Part shown: piece after piece, positions 46,763-56,873 of the stretch | Layout: every line of letters starts with the position of its first letter | Numbering within the stretch: the first letter of the stretch is position 1 | Assembly: GCA_965247115.1 (NCBI GenBank) | Contig: CBDFGR010000003.1 | Span: 352,001 to 416,000 of the forward strand | Direction of reading: 5' to 3' | DNA length: 64,000 bases | Source of the DNA: Myxococcota bacterium | GTDB taxonomy: Bacteria > Myxococcota_A > UBA9160 > SZUA-336 | Position numbers and translations under genes: made by a program | Notes under the pieces: generated by a model | What the model was told of the DNA's origin: nothing | Seen by the model: only the letters and a program-made list of their open reading frames with translations | Database searches by the model: none

Positions 46763-48037
46763 ATGGTCAAGGTCATCCTCAACACGTATCCCGTGATTCC
46801 GGCTGCGGACGAAGCAGAGCGCGAGGCGCTCCGGCCGATCGGCAGAAATGCAGAGCGCTACAAGGAGACGCTCGACGACTGGCACGACCTGATTCGGGCC
46901 TGCGACACGATGGGGCTCTGGGGTGTGACGACGATCGAGCATCACTTCCACTCCGAGGGCTACGAGGTCAGCCCGAACCCCGGCGTGATCAACGCCTACT
47001 GGGCGGCCATCACCGAGAATATCCGCATCGGGCAGATGGGCTACGTGATGAGCGTCCACAACCCGATCCGCGTGGCCGAAGAGACCGCGATCCTCGACCA
47101 CCTTACCGGGGGGCGCATTTTCGTTGGCCTGGCTCGTGGCTACCAGTCGCGCTGGACCAACACGCTCGGCCAGCACATCGGTTCGGTCGCCACGCTCTCG
47201 AACAAGGATGCCGACGATCTGAAGAACCGCGCGATCTTCGAAGAGCAGGTCGAAATGATCCTGGACGCGTGGACCCAGGACAGCATCACGCACAAGAGCG
47301 ACCTGTGGAAAATTCCCAACCCTGCTGAGGGCATGTCCGGCTGGTGGATGAAGGACTGGACCGAGCGGCTCGGCGCACCGGGAGAAATTGGGGACGACGG
47401 CTTGCTCAAGCGCATCAGCGTGGTGCCCTCGCCCTACACCAAGCCGCATCCCTCTCCCGTTTTCGTGGCGAGCAACTCGAGTGTCGAGACGGTCGAGTAC
47501 TGCGCGCGAAAGGGCTTCTGCCCGAACTACTTCACGAAGATCGAGAACGCGCGCGCCCATGCGGAGGCGTACGTCAAGGCCGGTCGCGAAGTGGGAAAGA
47601 ACTATGTGCTGGGCCAGAATCAGTCGCTCGTTCGCTGGATGCAGGTCGGCAAGACGACGGAAGCTGCGCGTCAGGCGCTCGCGGATTACGACGGCGACAT
47701 CTACAAGCACTTCTACGCTCCGCTGTTCGAAAAAGGCCTGCCGAACGAATCCGGCAAGAGAACGCCGATGGACGCGACGCGCGAGTCGCTCGTGGACTCC
47801 ATCTGCGAGACGGGTCTCTGGAACTCGGGGACGCTGTCAGACGTGCGCCAGCAGTTCATCGATCAGTGGAAGCGGGTCCCGGCCGAGTACCTGACCCTGA
47901 TCTTCCACTTCGCCCAGCAACCGAAGGAGAGCGTGATCGAGAACCTGGAGATCTTCATGCGCGAGATCAAGCCGGAGCTCGACACCCTCACCTCGCACCT
48001 GGATGACGAGGAAGCGATGGCGGCGGCCGGGTCTTAA
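46763..48037 (+). CDS. LLM-class flavin-dependent monooxygenase
   Basis: IEHHF, NPIRVAEE, PSPYTKPHP; paralog of 30987. Confidence 0.9.
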   Translation: MVKVILNTYPVIPAADEAEREALRPIGRNAERYKETLDDWHDLIRACDTMGLWGVTTIEHHFHSEGYEVSPNPGVINAYWAAITENIRIGQMGYVMSVHNPIRVAEETAILDHLTGGRIFVGLARGYQSRWTNTLGQHIGSVATLSNKDADDLKNRAIFEEQVEMILDAWTQDSITHKSDLWKIPNPAEGMSGWWMKDWTERLGAPGEIGDDGLLKRISVVPSPYTKPHPSPVFVASNSSVETVEYCARKGFCPNYFTKIENARAHAEAYVKAGREVGKNYVLGQNQSLVRWMQVGKTTEAARQALADYDGDIYKHFYAPLFEKGLPNESGKRTPMDATRESLVDSICETGLWNSGTLSDVRQQFIDQWKRVPAEYLTLIFHFAQQPKESVIENLEIFMREIKPELDTLTSHLDDEEAMAAAGS

Positions 48038-48060
48038 TTGAACGACGAGGAGAAACCGAC

Positions 48061-48777
48061 ATGAACGTCGAGATCGAGGATTTCAGCAGCAAACTCGGAG
48101 AGATGAACGCCGCCTTGAAGATTGATCCGGCGTCGACCGCGATCGTCACGGTAGACATGCATCGGGGGCATCTGGACCCGAAGCTGGCCACCATGCCTTG
48201 CTCGCGCGCGACCCAGACCAGTGTCATCGCGGCCGGAGCCCGCGTGCTCAATGCCGCTCGCGGCTGCGGGATTCCGGTTTGCCACGTCACGCTGGGCTGG
48301 CGACCCGAGGAATTCGGCGTCTACATCCTGCTGCGCGGGGGAGTGCTGATCTCGGAGAACGTCGAACCCACCCCGGAGTACGCCGCGGGCACGAAACACA
48401 ACATCTTCGGCGCACCGCAGATCGAGGTGATTCCCGAGCTTCTCGACAAGACAGACATGGTGATCGACACCAAGAAGACCTTCTCCATCTTTCGCGGTAC
48501 AGACCTCGAGATGTGGCTGAACCAGATCGCGAAGGTCGACACCATCGTCCTCATGGGGATCAACACCAACACCTGCGTACAGAATGCGGCCTTCGAGAGC
48601 GCCAATGCGGGCATCCGCCCCATCGTGGTCGACTCAACGGTCGGCTCGATGTACGGAGACGACCTGCACAAGTTCGGCCTCCAGAACATCGCGCGCTGCA
48701 TCGGCTGGGTTCTGACCGAGGACGAGTTCTACGCCAAGCTCGGCCTGCCCGAGAGCCAGGCTGCCGCCGCCGGCTAG
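48061..48777 (+). CDS. Isochorismatase-family cysteine hydrolase
   Basis: VDMH, KKTFSIF, GINTNTCV. Confidence 0.9.
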   Translation: MNVEIEDFSSKLGEMNAALKIDPASTAIVTVDMHRGHLDPKLATMPCSRATQTSVIAAGARVLNAARGCGIPVCHVTLGWRPEEFGVYILLRGGVLISENVEPTPEYAAGTKHNIFGAPQIEVIPELLDKTDMVIDTKKTFSIFRGTDLEMWLNQIAKVDTIVLMGINTNTCVQNAAFESANAGIRPIVVDSTVGSMYGDDLHKFGLQNIARCIGWVLTEDEFYAKLGLPESQAAAAG

Positions 48778-48791
48778 CATTCGTTCGACAG

Positions 48792-49874
48792 CTAGGACTT
48801 CACGGTAATGCCGAGCAAGCGCTGGGCGTTGCCTCCCCAGACTAGCGCCTTGTCTGCGGTCGACAGTCCCTCGACGGAATCGACAAGGCCGACCGGATCG
48901 GGTTCGGCCATGTCAAAGGGATAGTCCGTCCCCATCAAGATGTGATCCGCGCCCCAGGCCTCGATCAGGTGACGCAGCTGCATCTCGCTGAACACCACCG
49001 TGTCGAAGTAGAGCTTCTTCACGTAATGAGAGGGTGGCTGGGGGAGTGAGCCGCCCACGTCGGCCCGAGTCGGATACGGGTGGTCGAAGCGCCCCCAGTA
49101 GCTCGGGATGAAGCCACCCCCGTGCGCGACGCAGATCTTGAGCCCCGGGTACTGCTCGAGGTATCCGTCGAACACCAGGTGGCCAACCGCGAGGGCGGAC
49201 TCCAGGGGGTGCCCCATCAGGTTGATAAAGTAGTGGTCGCGCATGCGCGAGCCCTCACTCGTACCCAGCGGATGCATGAAGATCAGCATGTCGAGCTCTT
49301 CGACCTTGCTGAAGAACTTGTCGAGGCCGACCCGGGTCAGCTCGGCGCCCTCGACGTTCGTGGCGATCTCGACCCCGCGCATGCCGTGCTCCCGATGGCA
49401 ACGCTCGAGCTCGGTCACGGCCAGCTCGGGGTGCTGCAGCGGCACGGTGCACATGGCAACCAGACGATCGGGCTTCTGCGCCTGGAACTCGGCCACGCGG
49501 TCGTTGACCTTCTGAACGAGGGCATGCGCCAGATCGCGTTCCGCCCAGTAGTGGTAGTGGAACGGGGACGGTGAGACCGCCTGGATGTCCACGCCCGTCT
49601 CGTCCATCACGGCGAGGCGTTCGTCGAGCCTTGTTAGCTTGGGCCTCAGGGTCTCGTTCTGCTCCGCGTTGAGCTTGTTCGTGAGCTCACTCGACCAGCG
49701 AACCAGGTCGAGCTTCGCGGGCTCCATTATCCCAGCGACCATCTCGTCGGCCTCCGGCACGTGCAGGTGACAGTGGATGTCGACCGTCAAGTGCTTGCGG
49801 TCGCGCTTGACCGAGCCGGGGCCAGAAGCGGCGGCTCCTCCGGCGGGAGATTGGGGGGCGCATCGGAATAGCAT
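48792..49874 (-). CDS. Amidohydrolase_2 family protein (ACMSD-like)
   Basis: DIHCH, FMHP, AHGGG, GTDYPFDM. Confidence 0.9.
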   Translation of the reverse strand: MLFRCAPQSPAGGAAASGPGSVKRDRKHLTVDIHCHLHVPEADEMVAGIMEPAKLDLVRWSSELTNKLNAEQNETLRPKLTRLDERLAVMDETGVDIQAVSPSPFHYHYWAERDLAHALVQKVNDRVAEFQAQKPDRLVAMCTVPLQHPELAVTELERCHREHGMRGVEIATNVEGAELTRVGLDKFFSKVEELDMLIFMHPLGTSEGSRMRDHYFINLMGHPLESALAVGHLVFDGYLEQYPGLKICVAHGGGFIPSYWGRFDHPYPTRADVGGSLPQPPSHYVKKLYFDTVVFSEMQLRHLIEAWGADHILMGTDYPFDMAEPDPVGLVDSVEGLSTADKALVWGGNAQRLLGITVKS

Positions 49875-49973
49875 GTCGTCTCCTCAGGCTGCGAAACCAG
49901 CGGATAGGATAGACTGTAGAGGCTCGGAAGTGTGGCGTTGGGATAGGATGAAGCAGCTGCCCCGGAGGGAACA

Positions 49974-51509
49974 ATGGCATCGACGACGAAACCTGGCCTC
50001 TTCACCGGCAAGGAGTACCTGGACAGTCTGAACGACGACCGCGAGGTCTGGATCTACGGGGAACGCGTGAAAGACGTCGGGAATCATCCCGCCTTTCGAA
50101 ATTCCGCCCGGATGTTCGCGCGGCTTTACGACGCACTACATGACCCGGAGCGCACCGATCTGATGACGATACCGATCGACAACGGATCCGGGATGCGGAC
50201 TCACAGGTTCTTCCAGGCATCTCACACCGTGGAGGAGCAGATCGCTGCGCGCGATGCCATCGCGGAATGGGCCAGGATGGGGTACGGATGGCTGGGCCGG
50301 ACCCCGGACTACAAAGCGGCCTGGGTTGGCACGCTTGCGTGCAACAGCGGCCTTTATGGGGAGTACCAGCCCAATGCCGATCGCTGGTACGACCTTGCTC
50401 GCGAACGCGTACCCTACATCAATCACGCGATCGTCCATCCGCCCGTGGACCGGCATCTCCCCAACGAGTCGGTGGACGTGTTCGTCCAGGTCGAAAAAGA
50501 GACCGATGAGGGCTTGATCGTCAGCGGCGCGAAAGTCGTGGCTACCGGGGCCGCGCTGACGCAATACACGTTTGTCGCCCATTACAACGTCGTCCACCAG
50601 CAGAAGAAGTTCTCCCCGATATTCATCGTTCGAAACAGCGCCCCGGGCGTCAAGTTCATTTGTCGAGGCTCATACGAATTCAACTCCGCCGCCGTCGGCA
50701 GTCCCTTCGACTATCCCCTATCGAGTCGAATGGATGAAAACGATTCGATCCTGATTCTCGACAAGGTCCTGGTCCCCTGGGAAGACGTGCTGATGTACGG
50801 CGTAGAGATGTCGAATCAGTTCATATTCCAATCCGGCTTCCTGGGACGTACGCTCTTGCATGGCTGCACCCGCCTGGCGGTCAAGCTGGACTTCATCTGC
50901 GGTCTCCTTCTCAAGGCGGTGGAGATCACCGGTACGAACGAGTTTCGGGGAGTGCAGGCTGTTATCGGCGAAGTGATCGGATTGCGAAATGTGATCTGGG
51001 CGCTATCCGATGCGATTGCGCGCTCCTCCGAGCCGTGGGTCCCGGGCTACGTGCTTCCAAACGCGGAGTGGGGCCTTGGCTATCGGACGATCCAGTCCGA
51101 TATCTACAGTCGGGTGAGGAACTTGATCGGCCGAGTCGTCGCGAGCGGCCTGATCTACCTTCCCTCACACGCCATCGACTTCAAGAGCCCCGAGCTGCGC
51201 CCGTATCTCGACAAGTACCTGCGTGGCTCCAATGGCGTTGAATCCGTCGAGCGTGTGAAGCTCATGAAGTTGCTCTGGGATGCAATTGGCACGGAGTTCG
51301 CCAATCGCCACGATCTGTACGAGATGAACTACTCCGGGAGCTACGAAAAGAGTCACCTGGATCCGCTTGCGATGGCAGAGGTAACCGGCCGCGCAGGGGA
51401 GTGGAAAGCCTATGCCGAACAGTGCATGGCCGAGTACGATCTGGATGGCTGGACCGTCCCCGATCTAGTGAATCCGGATGACGTCAATCTCATCAACCAG
51501 AAGAGGTAG
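49974..51509 (+). CDS. 4-hydroxyphenylacetate 3-hydroxylase-like oxygenase component
   Basis: TGKEYLDSL.D.REVWIYGERV, GRTPDY, FDYPLSSRMDEND. Confidence 0.92.
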   Translation: MASTTKPGLFTGKEYLDSLNDDREVWIYGERVKDVGNHPAFRNSARMFARLYDALHDPERTDLMTIPIDNGSGMRTHRFFQASHTVEEQIAARDAIAEWARMGYGWLGRTPDYKAAWVGTLACNSGLYGEYQPNADRWYDLARERVPYINHAIVHPPVDRHLPNESVDVFVQVEKETDEGLIVSGAKVVATGAALTQYTFVAHYNVVHQQKKFSPIFIVRNSAPGVKFICRGSYEFNSAAVGSPFDYPLSSRMDENDSILILDKVLVPWEDVLMYGVEMSNQFIFQSGFLGRTLLHGCTRLAVKLDFICGLLLKAVEITGTNEFRGVQAVIGEVIGLRNVIWALSDAIARSSEPWVPGYVLPNAEWGLGYRTIQSDIYSRVRNLIGRVVASGLIYLPSHAIDFKSPELRPYLDKYLRGSNGVESVERVKLMKLLWDAIGTEFANRHDLYEMNYSGSYEKSHLDPLAMAEVTGRAGEWKAYAEQCMAEYDLDGWTVPDLVNPDDVNLINQKR

Positions 51510-51517
51510 AAAAGAAA

Positions 51518-51970
51518 ATGCCTATCAAAGTTCTCGAGCTTCATCATCACGCCGTATGTATGCCCAACAATCTCGTCGAGAAGATGGGCGAGTTCTACGA
51601 AGGAGTCATGGGGCTTGATAAGGACAAGGGACGGCCGGACATCCCTGGCATCCCCGGGTACTGGATGGATGTGCCGGGTGATGTGCAGATTCACCTGATG
51701 GGGAAGGAGGGTGAGTCGATCTACGCGCGTGGACCGGACAAGGATCCGGTGAACATGCACGTCGCTCTCGCGGTCCCGGACGTCGTCGAGGCTGAGGAAG
51801 AGCTGAAGCGCCTGAACATCGACTACTGGTCGCTGGAGAACGTCGCGGGCGCCCACCTGTCGCAGCTCTTCTTCCGGGATCCCGCCGGTAACCAGCTCGA
51901 GCTGCACGAGATCGGTCACTGCCGGTGCAACAAGAGCACCAGGGACGCGGCCGCGACTGCGAAAGAGTGA
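51518..51970 (+). CDS. VOC family protein
   Basis: HHHAV, QIHL, HVAL, FRDPAGNQLE. Confidence 0.88.
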   Translation: MPIKVLELHHHAVCMPNNLVEKMGEFYEGVMGLDKDKGRPDIPGIPGYWMDVPGDVQIHLMGKEGESIYARGPDKDPVNMHVALAVPDVVEAEEELKRLNIDYWSLENVAGAHLSQLFFRDPAGNQLELHEIGHCRCNKSTRDAAATAKE

Positions 51971-52012
51971 CGGCCGGGCTCAGGCTGTAGGACGCTCAGT
52001 CCGGGGGACGCC

Positions 52013-52363
52013 TTACAAGTCGTCCGGAGCGTACTGGATGAGCTGCTCGTCTGTCTGACGCGGCTCCTGCAACCCGACGATGTAGACAACCCGTTCGGCG
52101 ATCTCACCCTCGGCGTGCAGCGTACGCGCGGGGATCACGATCTTGTCACCGGGCCCGACTTGGTGGCGATTGCCGCTCTCCGCGTCGTCGAACCACGTGG
52201 TTCCCTCAATCAGGTAGGCGTGTACGTTGTAGTCGTGCCAGTGGACTGGGATTCCCGGCGAGGCGTTCGACACGAACGTGCTGGGCCAGTAGCCACTGGC
52301 CTTAATATCGTCGAATACCTCTTCCCGCTTCTCGAAGTACCCCTTCAACACCTCTAAGGCCAT
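52013..52363 (-). CDS. Small cupin protein
   Basis: HWH, GDKIVIPARTLHAE; ATG after AAGGG. Confidence 0.8.
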   Translation of the reverse strand: MALEVLKGYFEKREEVFDDIKASGYWPSTFVSNASPGIPVHWHDYNVHAYLIEGTTWFDDAESGNRHQVGPGDKIVIPARTLHAEGEIAERVVYIVGLQEPRQTDEQLIQYAPDDL

Positions 52364-52612
52364 GTGAGTTCCCTTCGTTGTAGTTCCACCACCATCTTCG
52401 CCCGTCGGGCGCCCTCGGTCAACATCGGGGACGACGGTGGGAGCGCCCGCAATCGGCGCCTGACCCTTGACTGCTCGAGTCTGGGTTGCCTGTTTTAGAG
52501 CTGAGGGACCGGCTTTTGGTTCCCTGCCTAAAGCTCTGGAATCCTGCTGGTTTTGGGCCCGAAGTCGCGCCTGCGCTGCCTGATGGCCGGTCCGTGAGTC
52601 TGCAGGATTTTG

Positions 52613-52642
52613 TTGACAACGCACGTGCTCTAGGGGTGTAAT
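52613..52642 (+). promoter_or_regulatory. Possible sigma70 promoter of the TonB receptor
   Basis: TTGACA-N18-TGTAAT. Confidence 0.4.
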
Positions 52643-52677
52643 CGCTGCGACTACTTTGCAGGGATGGAGGGAGAAAC

Positions 52678-55077
52678 ATGCCTGGTACGAATAAGCTTAG
52701 CTGGATGATTGGTCTGGTCACGTGTGCGCTGTTTATCTTCGCTGCTTCGAGCGCTTGGGCCGACGAGATGGACGAGCCGATGGCACCGGCCGGGGCCGCA
52801 GCGGTCGAGACGGAGCCGCAGGGGGAGACCGATCCGCAGGGGGAGACCGCAGGCGCCAGGCGGGGGATCGAGGAGATCACCGTCACCGCCAGGAGGCGGG
52901 AGGAGAGCCTGCTCGAGATCCCGGAGTCGATAGCCGCCTTCTCCGACGTCCAGATAGACCGGGCCAACATCAGCGGTCTCTCGGACATCGGTCTGCTCGT
53001 CCCCAACCTCTACATCGGTAAGCGGACGGACGGCTTTCCCAACGTCACCATGCGCGGCATGGGCTCGTTCGGCAATGTCCAGGGGGTTGGTTTCTACCTG
53101 GACGATGTCCAGCTCTTCGGGGATTCCTCTGGCCGCTTCGGTGACCTCGAGCGAATCGAGGTGTTGAAGGGCCCGCAGGGAGTCCTGCACGGCGGCACGA
53201 ATGTCGGTGGCGCCATCAAGTGGATCACGAAGCGCCCCGATCCGGACGGATTTTCGGGCCGCTTGAGGGTGGGTGGCGGTAAGGGTACCGAGGGCAACAA
53301 GGGCACCTTCTTCGACACGGAAGTCGAGGTGAACGTTCCGCTGCCGATGCTGGGGGAGACCTGGGCCGCGCGGGTGTTCGTCTACGGCGAGGACGATGAG
53401 GGGTACCTGAAGAAGCGAAACGACCCGCGCTTCAGTGGACTGCGCGGTACCGCCGATTCGGACATCATGGAGATGCATCGCTACGGGGTACGTGGCTCCA
53501 TCGCAGGCAACATCACGGAGCGTCTGTCGGTCTTCGCCACCCTGCGCTACCACGAGGAAGACGGGGGGAACGACTATTGGGGCCGCGAGACCACCGGTGG
53601 CAGTCTCAAGCACCCCGACACGAGGGTCAATAGCTTCAATGGGGAGCACTACAGGGAGACCTGGGCCTGGAGCGTGCAGCTGGACTATGACTTCGACGAC
53701 TTCACAATCACCTCTATCACCTCGAACACGGACACGGATTCGGATCGGGAGAGCGACGTGGACAACGTCCAGGAGTTCACGCTCGATCTGCTTCGGCTCC
53801 ACAGGATCGACGTGGTCACGCAGGAGCTGCGTTTTACCTCCACGGGAGATTCGCCGTTCCAGTGGCAGTTCGGCGGCTTCTATCAGAATTACGATCGGGA
53901 CCTGAATGGCGACCTGTACGTCTTCGGCGGCAGCACCTTGGCGTTCGACGACCCAAATTCAATCCCGGACCCCGCCACGGAGACAGACCAGGGGTTCAAC
54001 TTCGATGATCCGACGAGCCGCGATCCGGACGGGTTAATCGGCTGCAGTGACCCCATGCTCTGCCCGTCGTTCGTCTTCGAGCGCAGCAAACGGCAGCGCG
54101 ACAGTCACGCCGTGTTCGTGAATGGCAGCTATCGCTGGAGCGACTTCGAGTTCTCGGCCGGCTACCGATCCGACACCTGGGAATCGCAGCGGTTCAACGA
54201 CGACAGTGGCGTATCCGGCAAGCGGAAGCAGACCCAGAACCTGTTCCGTGGCAACGTGTCGTGGTTCCTCACTGACGAAGCGATGCTGTACCTAACCTAC
54301 TCTCAGGGCTTTGAGCCGGGCGACTTCAACCTGACGAGCTTCGAGGGCGTGCGTGACCTGTTCGGTTACGGGCCCGAGAGGGCGACGAACTACGAGCTCG
54401 GCTACAAGGGCCGCCTGTTTGACGACAGAGTCGTGCTGACCGCAGCTCTCTTCAAGACCGACTACAAGGACCGGCAAGCCGAGCTCCAGCTAGAGGCACC
54501 CACTGGCGAGGTGGTCGAGGGGATCATCAATGCGGGTGATTCCAGGAACCAGGGCTGGGAGGCGTCTGTGCAGTGGCTGATCCATCCCGATTGGACCGCC
54601 ACCGTCGATGGCGGCGTCATCAGCTCCGAATGGAAGAGCGGCACGACCTCGCCGGTCACGGGTCGCAGCATCTCGGGACGGACGCCGCTCAACCACGCCG
54701 ACTGGTCCTACGCCGTTGCGGTCGATTACGATCGCCAGCTCAACCTCGACACGAGGCTGTTCGGCCGGGCTCAGGTGCGGGCAAAGGGACCTGCCGCCAC
54801 CAACGCCCAGTTCTTCGATACGCCGGATGACAGCTTCGGACCCTGGGATAACGACCAGTTCACGGTCGTGGATCTCAATATGGGTGTCGAGTGGAAGCAG
54901 TTTGAATTCGGCCTCCGCATCGAGAACATCTTCGACGAGGAGTACTACATCGACGTCCAGGAGCTCGCGAACTTCGCCGGGTCGCTCTTCCAGCCCGGCG
55001 GCAGCCAGGAAAATATCATCATCGGCACCCTGGAGCAGTCCCGCCGTATCCGTGGGTACGTGCAGTGGCGTTTCTAA
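52678..55077 (+). CDS. TonB-dependent receptor
   Basis: Signal peptide, EEITVTARRREE TonB box, ERIEVLKGPQG, C-terminal F. Confidence 0.95.
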   Translation: MPGTNKLSWMIGLVTCALFIFAASSAWADEMDEPMAPAGAAAVETEPQGETDPQGETAGARRGIEEITVTARRREESLLEIPESIAAFSDVQIDRANISGLSDIGLLVPNLYIGKRTDGFPNVTMRGMGSFGNVQGVGFYLDDVQLFGDSSGRFGDLERIEVLKGPQGVLHGGTNVGGAIKWITKRPDPDGFSGRLRVGGGKGTEGNKGTFFDTEVEVNVPLPMLGETWAARVFVYGEDDEGYLKKRNDPRFSGLRGTADSDIMEMHRYGVRGSIAGNITERLSVFATLRYHEEDGGNDYWGRETTGGSLKHPDTRVNSFNGEHYRETWAWSVQLDYDFDDFTITSITSNTDTDSDRESDVDNVQEFTLDLLRLHRIDVVTQELRFTSTGDSPFQWQFGGFYQNYDRDLNGDLYVFGGSTLAFDDPNSIPDPATETDQGFNFDDPTSRDPDGLIGCSDPMLCPSFVFERSKRQRDSHAVFVNGSYRWSDFEFSAGYRSDTWESQRFNDDSGVSGKRKQTQNLFRGNVSWFLTDEAMLYLTYSQGFEPGDFNLTSFEGVRDLFGYGPERATNYELGYKGRLFDDRVVLTAALFKTDYKDRQAELQLEAPTGEVVEGIINAGDSRNQGWEASVQWLIHPDWTATVDGGVISSEWKSGTTSPVTGRSISGRTPLNHADWSYAVAVDYDRQLNLDTRLFGRAQVRAKGPAATNAQFFDTPDDSFGPWDNDQFTVVDLNMGVEWKQFEFGLRIENIFDEEYYIDVQELANFAGSLFQPGGSQENIIIGTLEQSRRIRGYVQWRF

Positions 55078-55084
55078 CCGAGCA

Positions 55085-56845
55085 TCAGCGCTGATCCGGT
55101 AAGGCGAAGACCCATAGAACCCCCCCCTGCGGAACGTAGGTCGACGTTCCCAGGAGGGGGTTCAGCAGGTCCTGCTTGCGGGCCGCGTCCACGCCCCAGC
55201 CGGAGAGCACGGCCACGTACTGTACGCCGTCGACTTCGTAGGTGCTCGGTACGCCGGTGACGCCGGAGCTCGTGCGCTGCTTCCAGAGCGTAGCGCCGGT
55301 CTGCGCGTCGAAGGCCCGGAAGAAGCGGTCGTTGGTCCCGCCCATGAAGACGACGTTGCCCGCCGTCACGAGAACGGGGCCCCAGTTGTGGCTCTTGAAG
55401 GTCCGGGTCCAGACCTCCTTCGGCTCGTTCAGGCTCCAGGCCTGGAGCTCTCCAATGTGCTCCCTGGCGTCGTCGTGCAGCACCAGGCTGAACTCCTCGC
55501 CAGGGTCCGCCCCCATGTAGACCTGCCCCCGCCGGTACTCGACCTCCTTCCCCGCCATCGTGCCGCACAGGTTGTCGTTCGCGGGGATGTAGAGGTAACC
55601 CGTCTTTGGACTGTAGGCCGCGGGCGGCCAGTCCTTGCCGCCCCACCACGAGGGGCAAAACTGCGCACGCTTGCCGGTTCCCGGCTTGCGCGCCATGTCG
55701 TACTCGGGTCGACCGGAGCGCGGATCGATGCTCGTGAAGACATCCTGTCTGACGTACGCGCGGGCGTCGACGAAGCCGATCCGGTCGCGCGCCCGCTCGA
55801 GGAACCACAGGTAGCCGTTGCGCGCGGGGTGGACCAGGCCGTGAATCGTGCGCTTGCCCCTCTTGAAGTCGACCAGGATAGGGGCCGACACCTCATCCCA
55901 GTCCCAGGAATCGTTCCAGTGGTACTGGTGGTGGGCTCGGAGCGCGCCGGTGTCGGCGTCGAGCGCGATCACGGAGGTGGCATACAGATTGTCGCCGGGC
56001 CGCGTGTCGCCCATCCAGGGTCCACCGTTGCCGGTGCCCCAGTAGGTCAGGTTGAGAGCCGGGTCGTAAGAGCCCGTGATCCAGACGGGAACGCCTCCCG
56101 TCTTCCAGCTGGCTCCGCTCCAGGTCTCGCTGCCCGGCTCGCCCGGTGCCGGGATCGTGTAGGTCTTCCACGCGGGCTCGCCGCTCACGGCGTCGAACGC
56201 CGCGACGAAGCCCCGGATCCCGAACTCGCCGCCGGAGACGCCGACCATGACCTTGCCCCTGGCGACCATCGGGGCCAGCGTCATGTAGTAGCCCCCCGTG
56301 TAGTCCTCGACCTCGCGCTCCCAGACGACGACCCCGGTCCTGGCGTCGAGCGCCACCAGGAAGGCGTCCGCCGTCGCCAGATACACGAGCTCGCCGTACA
56401 GGGCGACGCCACGGTTCGTCGGGTGCATCTGGAACAGGTCTTCGGGTAGATCGCGCTCGTAGCGCCAGAGCAGATCGCCGGTACGCGCATCGAGAGCCAT
56501 CACCCGGTTGTGGGGCGTGCTGATGAACATCACGCCGTCGTTCACGATCGGCGGGGCCTGGTGTCCCTCCCGCATGCCCGTGGAGAAGGTCCATACGGGG
56601 ACGAGCCGGCTCGCGTTGGTGGTGTCGATCTGGTCCAGCTCGCTGTAGCCCCAGGAGTCGTAGGTGCCGCGGTACATGAGCCAGTTGCGCGGCTCGGGCT
56701 CGAGGAGCCGCTCGGCCGTGACCGGGCTGTACCTCGGCGGGGGGTCGGCCGAGCCAGCCAGCGGGAGTGAGCAGAGCACGAGCAGGGCGGGCAGCCAGCC
56801 TGCGCCCGGGAGCCAGGCGAGGCCTCGGTCGAGGCCCGACGTCAT
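55085..56845 (-). CDS. PQQ-dependent dehydrogenase, methanol/ethanol family (DxD, possibly lanthanide-binding)
   Basis: W-propeller repeats, GGEFGIRG, GNGGPW, DSWDWDE. Confidence 0.92.
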   Translation of the reverse strand: MTSGLDRGLAWLPGAGWLPALLVLCSLPLAGSADPPPRYSPVTAERLLEPEPRNWLMYRGTYDSWGYSELDQIDTTNASRLVPVWTFSTGMREGHQAPPIVNDGVMFISTPHNRVMALDARTGDLLWRYERDLPEDLFQMHPTNRGVALYGELVYLATADAFLVALDARTGVVVWEREVEDYTGGYYMTLAPMVARGKVMVGVSGGEFGIRGFVAAFDAVSGEPAWKTYTIPAPGEPGSETWSGASWKTGGVPVWITGSYDPALNLTYWGTGNGGPWMGDTRPGDNLYATSVIALDADTGALRAHHQYHWNDSWDWDEVSAPILVDFKRGKRTIHGLVHPARNGYLWFLERARDRIGFVDARAYVRQDVFTSIDPRSGRPEYDMARKPGTGKRAQFCPSWWGGKDWPPAAYSPKTGYLYIPANDNLCGTMAGKEVEYRRGQVYMGADPGEEFSLVLHDDAREHIGELQAWSLNEPKEVWTRTFKSHNWGPVLVTAGNVVFMGGTNDRFFRAFDAQTGATLWKQRTSSGVTGVPSTYEVDGVQYVAVLSGWGVDAARKQDLLNPLLGTSTYVPQGGVLWVFALPDQR

Positions 56846-56873
56846 GCGGATACTCCTCTTGCGCCAGAGGCGC

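Noticed and set aside
52492..52502. GTTTTAGAGCT, resembling a type II CRISPR repeat or sgRNA start
   Set aside because: Single 11-bp match with no array and no cas genes; treated as coincidence.
52807..52848. 18-bp imperfect tandem repeat
   Set aside because: Coding low-complexity linker (ETEPQG-ETDPQG) in the TonB receptor; not CRISPR.
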